This document shows, piece after piece, positions 38,555 through 49,156 of a stretch of 64,000 bases of DNA (position 1 is its first letter; every line of letters begins with the position of its first letter). A program made the translations under genes and the position numbers. The stretch is taken from assembly GCA_035606215.1 (NCBI GenBank), contig DATNFV010000063.1:42526-106525 (forward strand), given 5' to 3'. The stretch comes from Hanamia sp. GTDB lineage: Bacteria > Bacteroidota > Bacteroidia > Chitinophagales > Chitinophagaceae. The notes below the pieces were generated by a model, which ran no database searches, had not been told where the DNA came from, and saw only the letters and a program-made list of their open reading frames with translations.

Positions 38555-39865
38555 TTAATCAACAAACTCATATCCAATATCACCACGGAAATAAATTCCA
38601 TCAAAATAAATTTGTTCCAAAATTGTTTTCGAAAGTTCTATGGCATCGCCCAAACCTTCTGCCATTGCAGATACAGCAAAAACGCGGCCCCCATTGGTAA
38701 CAATCTGGTCGCCTAGAATTTTTGTGCCTGCATGAAAAACAATCGCTCCTTCGCCATTATCAATATGTTTTCTTGCTTCAGGGTTTTCTAAATACAGGAG
38801 ATTGACAGGAAGCCCTTTCTTGTATTCTTCAGGATAGCCACCACTTACAGCAACAATTGTTACTGCGTTATTTTTCTCAATTTTTATTTCCTGCTCATCT
38901 AACTTTTCCTGATCCATTGCTACTAATAATTCAACAAGATCATTTTCCAACCGGATTAAAACAACTTCAGTTTCCGGATCTCCCATGCGACAGTTGTATT
39001 CAATTACCATTGGCTCTTCATCCACTTTTATCAATCCGAAAAAAATAAATCCTTTGTAATCGATTTCTTCTTTTTGCAGGCCTTCTATAGTTGGTTCGAT
39101 AATTTTTTCAGTAACTTTTCTCATAAAATGATCGGTTGCAAAAGGAACAGGACTTATCGCACCCATTCCGCCTGTATTCAATCCTTTATCTCCTTCACAA
39201 ATTTTCTTGTAATCTTTTGCTTCCGGAAGCAGAACATAATTTTTGCCATCGGTAAGAACGAAAACACTTAGCTCTATTCCATCTAAAAATTCCTCGACGA
39301 CCACTTTTTTTCCTGCATCACCAAACTTCGACTGCTGAATCATTAGTTCAAATTCACTTAATGCTTCAACATAATTCTGGCAAATGATAACTCCTTTTCC
39401 AGCTGCTAATCCATCAGCTTTTAAGACAATTGGCAATGGATGGTTCTGAATATATTGAAGTCCTTCATTAAAGTTAGAAGCGTCAAACTCCTTGTACCGG
39501 GCAGTAGGAATATAATATTTTTCCATAAAACTTTTTGCAAAAGCTTTGCTGCCTTCCAGTTGTGCCCCACTTTTGGAAGGGCCGGTAATAATGATATCTT
39601 TTAAGTCATAATCATTTTTGAAAAAATCATAAATTCCTTTTACCAATGGTTCTTCCGGACCCACAACTACCATGTCAATTTGATTGGAAATACATATAGC
39701 CTTCACTGCAAGAAAATCATTGATGTCGATTTCTATATTTTGCCCAAATGCAGCAGTGCCGGCATTTCCGGGGGCAATAAACAATTTTGAACATAAGCTA
39801 CTCTGGCTTATTTTCCAGCAAAACGCATGCTCTCTGCCACCGGATCCGAGAATAAGAATTTTCAA
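38555..39865 (-). CDS. purD: Phosphoribosylamine--glycine ligase
   Basis: ILGSGGREHA, LEGSK.FAK, KADGLAAGKGV, NTGGMGA, TNGGRV. Confidence 0.98.
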   Translation of the reverse strand: MKILILGSGGREHAFCWKISQSSLCSKLFIAPGNAGTAAFGQNIEIDINDFLAVKAICISNQIDMVVVGPEEPLVKGIYDFFKNDYDLKDIIITGPSKSGAQLEGSKAFAKSFMEKYYIPTARYKEFDASNFNEGLQYIQNHPLPIVLKADGLAAGKGVIICQNYVEALSEFELMIQQSKFGDAGKKVVVEEFLDGIELSVFVLTDGKNYVLLPEAKDYKKICEGDKGLNTGGMGAISPVPFATDHFMRKVTEKIIEPTIEGLQKEEIDYKGFIFFGLIKVDEEPMVIEYNCRMGDPETEVVLIRLENDLVELLVAMDQEKLDEQEIKIEKNNAVTIVAVSGGYPEEYKKGLPVNLLYLENPEARKHIDNGEGAIVFHAGTKILGDQIVTNGGRVFAVSAMAEGLGDAIELSKTILEQIYFDGIYFRGDIGYEFVD

Positions 39866-40197
39866 AATGAATTTTTTTTGTGATGATTAAAAAAATGGAC
39901 TTGCAAGTTATGAAACTTACTGTTTTGTCTTTTTAAGTTTTTATTGCAGTTAAGTTTATTATTCATGAAATGGAAAATGCAATTGCTTCTTTTTTTTACT
40001 GCAAATTTTTTTTAATTCTTTCCAAAAATAAAAAGCCGCTTTTTTGTTTCCTGGTTCATTTAGATTACTGAACCTGAATTTATTTTTATCAATAAACTAT
40101 TTGATTAAAAATTAAACTTAGTTTTAAATTTCTTTTTACTTTACACGCCGATTAAATTATTTCAAAAATTATTTTCAATAACAAAACCAAAACAAAA

Positions 40198-41958
40198 ATG
40201 GAAGATCAGATTATACCTGCAGATATTGCCCCTCAAAAGAAAGGCAAGCACCCAAAAGCGCTGTATGTCCTTTTTCTTACTGAAATGTGGGAACGATTTG
40301 CCTATTATTTAATGGTTGGAATTTTATTGCTTTATTTGATTGATGATAAAACAGGCGGAAAAGGAATGACAGAAAAAGTAGGTGCTGATGTTGTTGGAAG
40401 TTTTATAGCACTGGTTTATCTCACACCTTTTATCGGTGGTTTAATTGCTGACAGGTATTTGGGCTATATTAAATCAATTTTTCTTGGTGGTACTTTGATG
40501 GCGCTCGGATATTTTGGACTTGCAATTCCAGGAAACACGGCTTTATATGTTTCACTGTTGTTGATCATTATCGGAAATGGTTTCTTCAAACCCAATATCT
40601 CAACCATTCTTGGAAATATTTATAATCGCGAAGACCTGAAACCCCTAAAGGACAATGCTTACAACATTTTTTATATGGGAATCAACATCGGTGCTCTTGT
40701 TTGCAATTTTGTTGCCGCTTATTTAAGAAATCAATATGGATGGGGATATGCGTTTGCCGCAGCAGGTGTTGGTCTTGTGATAGGAATGATCATTCTGGCA
40801 AGTTCTTTAAAAGGTGTAAGAATCGGCGAAATGAAGAAAGAAAAAAGAGCTGAAGACATGCCGCTCAGCAAAATTTTTGGGTATGTTTTTTTACCTGCAA
40901 TTATTGCCGCGGTTATTGGTTGGGTTGTTCCTACTCTTGTTTTTGGATCAACGATCATGGGAAGCAAATCTAACGATGCATTTATTTTTGCATGTCTTCC
41001 GATTATTGCTTTTTATATTTCTCTTTATGTAAAAGCTACTGGTCAGGATAAAAGAGGAATCGGCGCACTGTTATTTATTTTTGGAATCTCTATTATTTTC
41101 TGGACAATCTACAATCAAAATTCAACTGGCCTTACCTTATGGGCGCAGAAACATACTGACAGGACCGTTTCTCCGACAGCTCAAAAAATTGCAGGTTCAT
41201 TGGGATTTCTTCAAACTGTGAGTGATACGCCAAGATTGGTAAATAAAGTAGATCAAAATTTTGTTGACATCAAAGATCATGCAGCAGTTGCAGGACCTTA
41301 CGGGCAAAATAATTTAAAGTTAGTCGATGGAAATATTGTAGATGCTAAAACAAGAATCGTTCAGGTAATGGGACCTGATCCTTATTTTAATAATGTTCCT
41401 AAAAGCCAGTGGCCTCCGAGTGGAAGTGAACAATTAGCAAATACTGAATTGTTTCAATCGATCAATCCTCTGTTCATTATCATCCTCACACCCATACTTG
41501 TTCTTGTTTTTAGCACTCTTCGCAAAAAGAATAAAGAGCCGAGTACTGCAACTAAATTTGGAATGGCATTATTTATTTCCGGGCTTTCTTCACTCGTAAT
41601 GGTATTTGCCATTATGTCTGTTTCATCCGTTTATTTGCATAAAACGTCTCCATATTGGCTCTGGGGAACTTATTTTGTATTCACCATCAGCGAATTGTTA
41701 TTAAGCCCGATTGGATTATCCCTGGTGTCAAAACTTGCACCAGCAAGGCTTACAGCATTACTGATGGGCGGATGGTTTTTGTCCACGGCTATTGGGGGAA
41801 AACTTGCAGGAATCATGACCAGTTTCTGGGATGATTTTACGGATAAAAAAGTATTCTTCCTGATATTGGTAATCTCAGCTTTTATCGGTGGAATTTTAAT
41901 TTTCAGCAGGTTAAAATCTTTAAATTCAATCGTAAGAGAAAAAACAGGATCTGCATAG
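40198..41958 (+). CDS. POT/PTR family proton-dependent oligopeptide transporter
   Basis: TEMWERFAYY (ExxER), GNGFFKPNIS, FYMGINIG, FQSINP, ELLLSPIGLS. Confidence 0.95.
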   Translation: MEDQIIPADIAPQKKGKHPKALYVLFLTEMWERFAYYLMVGILLLYLIDDKTGGKGMTEKVGADVVGSFIALVYLTPFIGGLIADRYLGYIKSIFLGGTLMALGYFGLAIPGNTALYVSLLLIIIGNGFFKPNISTILGNIYNREDLKPLKDNAYNIFYMGINIGALVCNFVAAYLRNQYGWGYAFAAAGVGLVIGMIILASSLKGVRIGEMKKEKRAEDMPLSKIFGYVFLPAIIAAVIGWVVPTLVFGSTIMGSKSNDAFIFACLPIIAFYISLYVKATGQDKRGIGALLFIFGISIIFWTIYNQNSTGLTLWAQKHTDRTVSPTAQKIAGSLGFLQTVSDTPRLVNKVDQNFVDIKDHAAVAGPYGQNNLKLVDGNIVDAKTRIVQVMGPDPYFNNVPKSQWPPSGSEQLANTELFQSINPLFIIILTPILVLVFSTLRKKNKEPSTATKFGMALFISGLSSLVMVFAIMSVSSVYLHKTSPYWLWGTYFVFTISELLLSPIGLSLVSKLAPARLTALLMGGWFLSTAIGGKLAGIMTSFWDDFTDKKVFFLILVISAFIGGILIFSRLKSLNSIVREKTGSA

Positions 41959-41982
41959 AATATGCTTTTTGAAAAATAAATT

Positions 41983-42008
41983 AAAACCGTGGATGACGCG
42001 GTTTTTTT
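41983..42008 (+). terminator. Intrinsic terminator after the POT transporter
   Basis: AAAACCGTG-gatga-CGCGGTTTT followed by a T run. Confidence 0.75.
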
Positions 42009-42155
42009 ATTTGTAACATTTCACTTTTGTCTTTAGAATGGTTTTAAGTTTTGTACAAAAGCAGTTTATAGCAAAGAAAACCAGTCGTATTTTGATACTC
42101 TGAATTCAAGACTGATTTTTTTTATTTTTATTTTTGTTTCTTTTAAAAAGAATTT

Positions 42156-43049
42156 ATGACGATAAAAAATATTTCCGTGATCGGCGCGGGAACAATGGGA
42201 AATGGCATTGCGCATGTATTTGCCCAAAATAATTTTTCTGTAAATCTTATTGATGTTTCCCTGGATCAATTGAATAAGGCAATAAGCACGATTCAAAAAA
42301 ACCTTGATAGACAAGTTGATAAAGGCACCATTTCAGAAGAAATAAAAAATAAAACGCTTCAAAATATTTTCACTTTTTCATCCGTAAAATCAGGAGTGGA
42401 AAAAAGTGATTTGGTTGTGGAGGCAGCAACTGAAAACCTGGATCTAAAATTGAAAATTTTCAATGAAATTGATGAATATGCTCCGTCAAATTGTATTCTT
42501 GCCTCCAATACTTCTTCTATTTCAATTACCAAAATCGCTTCGGTTACAAAACGGCCCGGAAAAGTGATCGGAATGCATTTTATGAACCCGGTTCCGGTAA
42601 TGAAATTAGTTGAAGTGATCAATGGATATGCTACTGATAAAAATGTTTCAGAAACAATCGTCAATCTGTCAAAAGAAATTGGAAAGATTCCATGCGAGGT
42701 GAATGATTATCCCGGCTTTGTCTCCAACAGAATTCTAATGCCAATGATCAATGAGGCGATTTATGCATTGTATGAAAATGTTGCAGGCGTTGAAGAAATT
42801 GATACAGTAATGAAACTTGGAATGGCTCATCCGATGGGACCATTGCAACTGGCCGATTTTATTGGTCTTGATGTTTGTTATTCTATTCTAAATGTATTAC
42901 ATCAGGGTTTCGGAAATCCAAAATATGCTCCTTGTCCTTTACTTACCAATATGGTAAACGCAAAAATTTTAGGAATAAAATCCGGCGAGGGTTTTTATCA
43001 ATATTCGCCTGGTCGTAAGGAATTAATAGTGAGTGAAAGATTCCGATAA
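42156..43049 (+). CDS. hbd: 3-hydroxybutyryl-CoA dehydrogenase
   Basis: GAGTMGNGIAH, SNTSSISIT, GMHFMNPVP, HPMGPLQLADFIGLD. Confidence 0.93.
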   Translation: MTIKNISVIGAGTMGNGIAHVFAQNNFSVNLIDVSLDQLNKAISTIQKNLDRQVDKGTISEEIKNKTLQNIFTFSSVKSGVEKSDLVVEAATENLDLKLKIFNEIDEYAPSNCILASNTSSISITKIASVTKRPGKVIGMHFMNPVPVMKLVEVINGYATDKNVSETIVNLSKEIGKIPCEVNDYPGFVSNRILMPMINEAIYALYENVAGVEEIDTVMKLGMAHPMGPLQLADFIGLDVCYSILNVLHQGFGNPKYAPCPLLTNMVNAKILGIKSGEGFYQYSPGRKELIVSERFR

Positions 43050-43235
43050 TTAAGTGAACGTTTATGAAATAATTTTTTTTTAGAATTAAGTCAATCTGTA
43101 AAAAATATTTAATTGTGTTGAAGCGTTAACACTAAATTCTTTTGAACCAAATAATAAAAGAATCACTTATTAATTTTTGAAAACTGTTTTTATTGACTCA
43201 AATTCAATACCTTTGACCATCTAAATTCTACTGTT

Positions 43236-44561
43236 ATGAAAAAACTCTATGCCCTGTTTTTACCGTTTTTATTTTTTACCAATCTGAATGCTCAAAGCCC
43301 CAATTGTACTACCAATGTTTTTCCTGTTGATGGAGCAACCAACGTAAATCCTTATCCATCTATTACTTTTAAATGGACTCCCGTTGCCGGCGCTACTTCT
43401 TACGATGTTTATATCAGCACGAAGACTCCGCCAAAGCAATTATTAGGTGAGGTTACTGCTGATTCAATTGTTTTTAAAGATGCTAATTATAGCACTCAAT
43501 ATTTTTGGTATGTAGTTCCGAAAAACAGCTCGGGTACCGCAATGGGTTGTATTTCATCGAATACTTCATTTACTACAATCGCACCACCGCCACCGCCTTC
43601 TAATGATAATTGCAGCGGTGCCACTAATTTGACAAGTGGGCAGATAACCGGCAATACCGTAGGCGCTACTCAAAGTATGCCTGCAGTTGTTTGTAATGGT
43701 TTTACAGGTACTGCCAACGATGATGTTTGGTATCAATATACTCCTGCTACTTCAGGTCCTGCACAAATTACTGTAACTGGTCAAGGCTCTTTTGATGCAG
43801 TGATGGAAGCGTTTAGCGGAAACTGTGGATCTTTAACATCTCTCACTTGTAGCGATACCTCTCAAAACGGAGGAACAGAGGCGATCACTATCAATGCTAC
43901 TGCCGGAACAACTTATTATTTCAGGGTTTACAACTTCTTCCCGAATTTAAGTACACGAGGAGCCTTCACCATTTCCGGACCTGCAATTACACTTCCGATT
44001 TCATTAATTTATTTCAAAGGACAACATGTCGGCAACAGCAATGTTCTTTCCTGGTCAACCGCAAACGAACTGAATAACAGTGGTTTTGAAGTCGAGTATT
44101 CATTTGACGGAAAAGATTTCAGAGATCTTTCTTTCGTGAATTCAAAAGCTCCCGACGGTAACAGTAGTTCAACTTTAAATTATCAATATACAGATACCAA
44201 AGCAGCTGGAGCAGATGTTTTTTATCGCCTGAAACAAGTTGATAAAGATGGCCGCATTTCATATTCAAATGTAGTTTTCATTAAAGGAGGCAAATTAAAT
44301 TCTCTTTTATTAAACTCCGTTTATCCAAACCCTGCAAAAAATAAATTGAACGTGATTGTTTCTTCTCCAATCTCTAACCAGATCAGCGTGGTAGTTACGA
44401 ACCTGGCAGGAAAAAGAGTATATCAACAAGCTTTTTCGATTTCAAACGGAGGAAATAATCTTGATTTAAATGTTTCTAATTTGCCTGCAGGAAGCTATTT
44501 TATAAAAGCAATTTGTAATGACGGTTGTAATTCAGCAGTAAGCAAATTTGTAAAAGAATAA
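43236..44561 (+). CDS. T9SS type A sorting domain-containing secreted protein
   Basis: Signal peptide, FN3-like domain, PPSNDNC module, YRLKQVD.DG...YS, C-terminal VYPNP...LPAGSYF...KFVKE. Confidence 0.9.
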   Translation: MKKLYALFLPFLFFTNLNAQSPNCTTNVFPVDGATNVNPYPSITFKWTPVAGATSYDVYISTKTPPKQLLGEVTADSIVFKDANYSTQYFWYVVPKNSSGTAMGCISSNTSFTTIAPPPPPSNDNCSGATNLTSGQITGNTVGATQSMPAVVCNGFTGTANDDVWYQYTPATSGPAQITVTGQGSFDAVMEAFSGNCGSLTSLTCSDTSQNGGTEAITINATAGTTYYFRVYNFFPNLSTRGAFTISGPAITLPISLIYFKGQHVGNSNVLSWSTANELNNSGFEVEYSFDGKDFRDLSFVNSKAPDGNSSSTLNYQYTDTKAAGADVFYRLKQVDKDGRISYSNVVFIKGGKLNSLLLNSVYPNPAKNKLNVIVSSPISNQISVVVTNLAGKRVYQQAFSISNGGNNLDLNVSNLPAGSYFIKAICNDGCNSAVSKFVKE

Positions 44562-44583
44562 GAGCTTTTAGCTTTTCTCAAAA

Positions 44584-44624
44584 GTGGCGATGGTTTATTT
44601 TTTTAAACCCTCGCCATTTTTTTT
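44584..44624 (+). terminator. Intrinsic terminator after the T9SS cargo gene
   Basis: GTGGCGAtGGTTT...AAACCcTCGCCAT followed by a T run. Confidence 0.7.
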
Positions 44625-44658
44625 ATACATTTAGAAACTTTTTCTAAAACCAATTACA

Positions 44659-45843
44659 ATGAAATCCCTGCTTTTTCTTTCTCTTACTGTTGCCCTCGCA
44701 TCTGCAGCCAATTCTCAATCTTATAAAAAAATTCATGAAGACGCTATTGTTTGTGACACGCACAATGATATCATCAGTGCGTGTATTGAAAAAGGTTTGG
44801 TGTTTGACCAGGATCTTACAGGAAAAACACACAGCGATCTGAACAGGATGCGGAAAGGAGGATTGGATGTGCAGGTTTTTTCTATTTTTTGTGATGGGAA
44901 ACAGATCAATCCATATCAGTTTGCGAACAGGGAAATTGATACTTTGTATGCATGGATCAATCGCAATCCGTCAAAAATGATGCTGGTAACGAATCCTGAA
45001 CAATTGGAGGAAGCAGTAAAAGAACGCAAACTTGGTTCTATGATCGGTGTTGAAGGCGGTCACATGATAGAAGATGATTTGGGAAAATTAGACAGTCTTT
45101 ATCAGCGTGGAGCACGATATATGACACTTACATGGAACAATAATAATTCATGGGCCACAAGCGCTGAATATGAATCGGGGCATCAAAAAAATAATACTTC
45201 CAATCAGAAAAAAGGGCTTTCAGATTTTGGAAAACAAGTTGTAAAAAGAATGAATGAACTGGGAATGATGGTCGATCTGAGCCATACCGGCGAGCAGACT
45301 TTTTGGGATGCGATTGCAGTATCCACAAAACCTGTTTTGATTTCTCACAGTGATGCCTATGCGCTTTCTCCCGTTTTTAGAAATTTAAAAGATGACCAGA
45401 TAAAAGCAGTTGCGAAAAATGGAGGAGTGATCGATTTGAATTTTTACCCGGCTTTTCTGGACAGCACTGTCTCTGGTAAAGAAGCCGCTTATTTTAAAAG
45501 ACATAAAGATGAGAAAAAAGCGTTGATGGATTCAGGTAAAAAAGATTTTGAAGCTGACGAGATCATTGCTAAAAAATATCCAAAGGAAGCGGAAGAATTG
45601 CAGGCTCCCTTTCATTTATTGTTTGATCACCTCGACTATATTGTTCAACTTGCGGGTATTGATCATGTTGGCCTGGGGGGCGATTTTGACGGAATCACTT
45701 TTACGCCAAAAGTTTTGACAGATGTAACAAAATATCCAATGATCACAAAAGAGTTGGTAAAGCGTGGTTATACAAAAGAGGATATCGATAAAATTTTAGG
45801 GGGAAATTTTATCCGTGTTTTTAAAGCCAATCAGGCACATTAA
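44659..45843 (+). CDS. Membrane dipeptidase (peptidase M19)
   Basis: DTHND, GVEGGH, LTWN, VDLSH, HVGLGGDFDG, ILGGNF.RV. Confidence 0.93.
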   Translation: MKSLLFLSLTVALASAANSQSYKKIHEDAIVCDTHNDIISACIEKGLVFDQDLTGKTHSDLNRMRKGGLDVQVFSIFCDGKQINPYQFANREIDTLYAWINRNPSKMMLVTNPEQLEEAVKERKLGSMIGVEGGHMIEDDLGKLDSLYQRGARYMTLTWNNNNSWATSAEYESGHQKNNTSNQKKGLSDFGKQVVKRMNELGMMVDLSHTGEQTFWDAIAVSTKPVLISHSDAYALSPVFRNLKDDQIKAVAKNGGVIDLNFYPAFLDSTVSGKEAAYFKRHKDEKKALMDSGKKDFEADEIIAKKYPKEAEELQAPFHLLFDHLDYIVQLAGIDHVGLGGDFDGITFTPKVLTDVTKYPMITKELVKRGYTKEDIDKILGGNFIRVFKANQAH

Positions 45844-45854
45844 TTTTTTTGCTG

Positions 45855-48041
45855 ATGAAATTTATAATATCGTTATTATTTGTCCTTCCGCTGCAATCAG
45901 TTGCTCAGCCTTTTTCGTCAAAAGAAATCTCTAAATGGCAACAGGAGGCAAAAAATGTAACGATCATCAGAGATAATTTTGGCATTCCGCATATTTATGG
46001 TAAAACAGATGCTGACGCTGCTTTTGGATTATTATATGCTCAATGTGAAGACGATTTTAACCGTGTGGAAATGAATTATATTGAAAAATTGGGAAGACTT
46101 TCAGAAGTGAATGGTGAAAAAGATTTGTATAACGATCTTTTGAACAGGCTCGTAATTGATTCTGCCGCTGCAATTAAAGATTATAACAATGCACCAATTT
46201 GGTTGAAAAAGTTATGCGATGCTTTTGCTGATGGAATAAATTATTATTTGTATAAAAATCCACAAACAAAACCGGCATTATTAAAACGCTTTCAACCATG
46301 GTATCCATTACTTTGGACTGATGGAAGTATTGGCGCAATTAGTACAGCCGGAGTTTCTGTCCGTGAACTGGAAAACTTTTATTCCGGAGAAAATAAGCCG
46401 GTTGCTTTTAATGAGTATAAGGAAGAAAAAGTAACTGGTTCAAATGGCTTTGCTTTTGCTCCAAAGATCACAGGATCTCATCATGCGATCTTGTATATCA
46501 ATCCTCATGTTACCTTTTATTTTCGTCCTGAAGTGCATATGGTAAGTGATGAAGGATTAAACGCATATGGTGCTGTAACATGGGGGCAATTTTTTGTGTA
46601 CCAGGGATTCAATGAACATTGCGGATGGATGCATACCTCAAGCTATGCTGATGTTTCAGATGCTTATATTGAAAAAATAACTTCAAAAAATAACCGGCTT
46701 TTTTATCGGTATAATGGGAAAGAAAAGCGGGTTATTCACAAAAAGATCATTCTCAATTATCAGGGTGGTGATTCAGTGAAAACAAAGATCATTGACGGCT
46801 TATTTACCGGTCACGGACCGATAATGGCAATAAGAGATGGCGAATGGATCAGTGTAAAATCTGACAACAGGGACATCAAAGGATTGGAGCAAAGTTGGGA
46901 AAGGACCAAAGCAGAAAATTTTGCTGAATATAAAAAAGTAATGGATCTTTTGGCCAACGTTTCCAACAATACAGTTTATGCAGATGCTGAAGGAAACATT
47001 GCATATTGGCATGGAAATTTTATTCCAAGAAGAGATCCGAAATATGATTGGTCAAAGCCGGTTGATGGCACAACCTCCGCTACAGAATGGAAAGGCTTGC
47101 ATACGGTAAATGAAACAATTCATATTTACAATCCTCCAAATGGCTGGATAGAAAATTGCAATTCTACCCCGTTTACTGCGGCCGGAAAATATAGTCCTAA
47201 AAGAGAAAATTATCCTTCCTACATGGCTCCTGATGGACAAAATTTTCGTGCGCTGAATGCGATTAAAATCTTACCCCAGGAAAAATCTTATACAATTGAT
47301 AAAGTAATTTCAAAAGGCTATGACACTTATCTGGCGGCTTTCGAAGTCTTGGTGCCTGCTTTAATTAATGCATTTGAAAAAAACATTTCTAAAGAAGATT
47401 CCTTGTATTTGCAATTAAATGAACCAATCAATATTTTAAAAAACTGGGATTATCGTTGCGGCGAAAATTCAGTTGCAACAAGCCTTGCTGTCAGTTGGGG
47501 AGAGCAGTTATTAAGAAGCATTTACTATACAAAAGTTCCGGACGGAGAACAAGATGACCAGGTAACAAAGACAAGACAATTTGCTGCCACAGCATCTGCT
47601 GATGAATTATTGCAACCATTTTTATCAACAATAAAATACTTGCAAAACACTTTTGGAACATGGAAAACCGAATGGGGAAAAATCAATCGCTTTCAAAGAA
47701 TTTCGGATAATATTGAACCAACTTTTAATGATGATTCCACCAGCATTCCTGTTGGTTTTGCATCTTCTACATGGGGAATGATTCCGTCTTACAGCAGTCG
47801 TACTTTTCCCGGAACCATAAAAAGATATGGTGTTAACGGAAACAGTTTTATTTGTGCCGTGGAGTTTGGAAGAAAAATAAAAGCAAAATCATTATTGGCT
47901 GGTGGCGAAAGCGGCAATCCACGTTCAAAACATTTTTTTGATGAAGGATATATGTATTCAAAAGGAATCTTTAAGGATGTTTTGTTTTACAAAGCCGATG
48001 TTTTGAAGCATGCTGAAAAGACGTATCATCCGGGCGAATAA
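45855..48041 (+). CDS. Penicillin acylase family Ntn-hydrolase
   Basis: IIRDNFGIPHIYG, GSNGFA (N-terminal Ser nucleophile), NPH, NCN. Confidence 0.92.
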   Translation: MKFIISLLFVLPLQSVAQPFSSKEISKWQQEAKNVTIIRDNFGIPHIYGKTDADAAFGLLYAQCEDDFNRVEMNYIEKLGRLSEVNGEKDLYNDLLNRLVIDSAAAIKDYNNAPIWLKKLCDAFADGINYYLYKNPQTKPALLKRFQPWYPLLWTDGSIGAISTAGVSVRELENFYSGENKPVAFNEYKEEKVTGSNGFAFAPKITGSHHAILYINPHVTFYFRPEVHMVSDEGLNAYGAVTWGQFFVYQGFNEHCGWMHTSSYADVSDAYIEKITSKNNRLFYRYNGKEKRVIHKKIILNYQGGDSVKTKIIDGLFTGHGPIMAIRDGEWISVKSDNRDIKGLEQSWERTKAENFAEYKKVMDLLANVSNNTVYADAEGNIAYWHGNFIPRRDPKYDWSKPVDGTTSATEWKGLHTVNETIHIYNPPNGWIENCNSTPFTAAGKYSPKRENYPSYMAPDGQNFRALNAIKILPQEKSYTIDKVISKGYDTYLAAFEVLVPALINAFEKNISKEDSLYLQLNEPINILKNWDYRCGENSVATSLAVSWGEQLLRSIYYTKVPDGEQDDQVTKTRQFAATASADELLQPFLSTIKYLQNTFGTWKTEWGKINRFQRISDNIEPTFNDDSTSIPVGFASSTWGMIPSYSSRTFPGTIKRYGVNGNSFICAVEFGRKIKAKSLLAGGESGNPRSKHFFDEGYMYSKGIFKDVLFYKADVLKHAEKTYHPGE

Positions 48042-48085
48042 GTGATGCAATTTTTTTAATTTTAATTCTAAAAAAATAATTTTCT

Positions 48086-49066
48086 ATGGATAGCATTCGC
48101 TGGGGAATGATCGGCTGTGGTGACGTAACAGAAGTGAAAAGCGGACCAGCATTTAATAAAGTAAATGATTCATCTCTCGTTGCGGTAATGCGCCGGGATG
48201 CAGAAAAAGTGAAAGATTATGCACAGCGACATGGCGTTGGAAAATGGTACACTAATGCTTATGAATTGATCAGTGACGATGAAGTAAACGCCATCTACAT
48301 TGCCACTCCGCCCGCTTTTCATGAAGAATACGCGATTGCAGCGATCAACGCGGGTAAACCGGTTTACATTGAAAAACCAATGGCATTAAATTTTGCTTCA
48401 GCAAACATGATAGCGAAAGTAGCTGGAGAAAAAAATGTAAAAGTTTCTATCGCTCACTACCGCCGCGGGCAACCACTTTTTAATAAAGTAAAACAATTGC
48501 TTGCTGAAAAAGTTATTGGCGATGTGCGTTTTGCAAAGCTTGAATTTTATAAAAAACCATTGAATAACGAAGCGCTTCAGATTCCTAAAGTTGCCTGGCG
48601 TGTGAATCCTGAAATAGCGGGTGGAGGCTTGTTTCATGATATTGCCCCACATCAGATTGATTTAATGTACTGGTTTTTTGGGCCTGTTGAAAAAGCATTT
48701 GGATTAGCGACGAATCAGGCAGGTTTGTATGAAGCAGATGATATTGTTTGTGGAAATATTTTATTTAAATCGGGAGTCCTTTTTAATGGATTGTGGTGTT
48801 TTAATGTAGCGGAAGAAAACGTAAAAGACCTTTGCGAAATACAAGGTTCGGAAGGGAAAATGCGCTTCCCGGTTTTTGAACATAAAAAAATTGAGATCAT
48901 TAAAAATGGAATTCCCGGAGAAATATTATTCGAACCGCTTCAGCATGTGCAACAACCATTGATACAAAAAGTAGTGAACTATTTTTTAGGAAAAGGACCT
49001 AATCCAACTCCACCGGAAGAAGGAGCAACTGTTATGTGGTTACTGGATGAATTCACGAAGAAGTAA
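48086..49066 (+). CDS. Gfo/Idh/MocA oxidoreductase
   Basis: WGMIGCG, YIATPP..H, EKPMA, GGG...DIAPH. Confidence 0.92.
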   Translation: MDSIRWGMIGCGDVTEVKSGPAFNKVNDSSLVAVMRRDAEKVKDYAQRHGVGKWYTNAYELISDDEVNAIYIATPPAFHEEYAIAAINAGKPVYIEKPMALNFASANMIAKVAGEKNVKVSIAHYRRGQPLFNKVKQLLAEKVIGDVRFAKLEFYKKPLNNEALQIPKVAWRVNPEIAGGGLFHDIAPHQIDLMYWFFGPVEKAFGLATNQAGLYEADDIVCGNILFKSGVLFNGLWCFNVAEENVKDLCEIQGSEGKMRFPVFEHKKIEIIKNGIPGEILFEPLQHVQQPLIQKVVNYFLGKGPNPTPPEEGATVMWLLDEFTKK

Positions 49067-49156
49067 ACCTCAATTTTTATTGGCGCGACTCTAATGATTC
49101 CTCATTTTACTACAATCCTCAAAACGATTAAAACTCCTTAATTATCTTCGCGCAAA

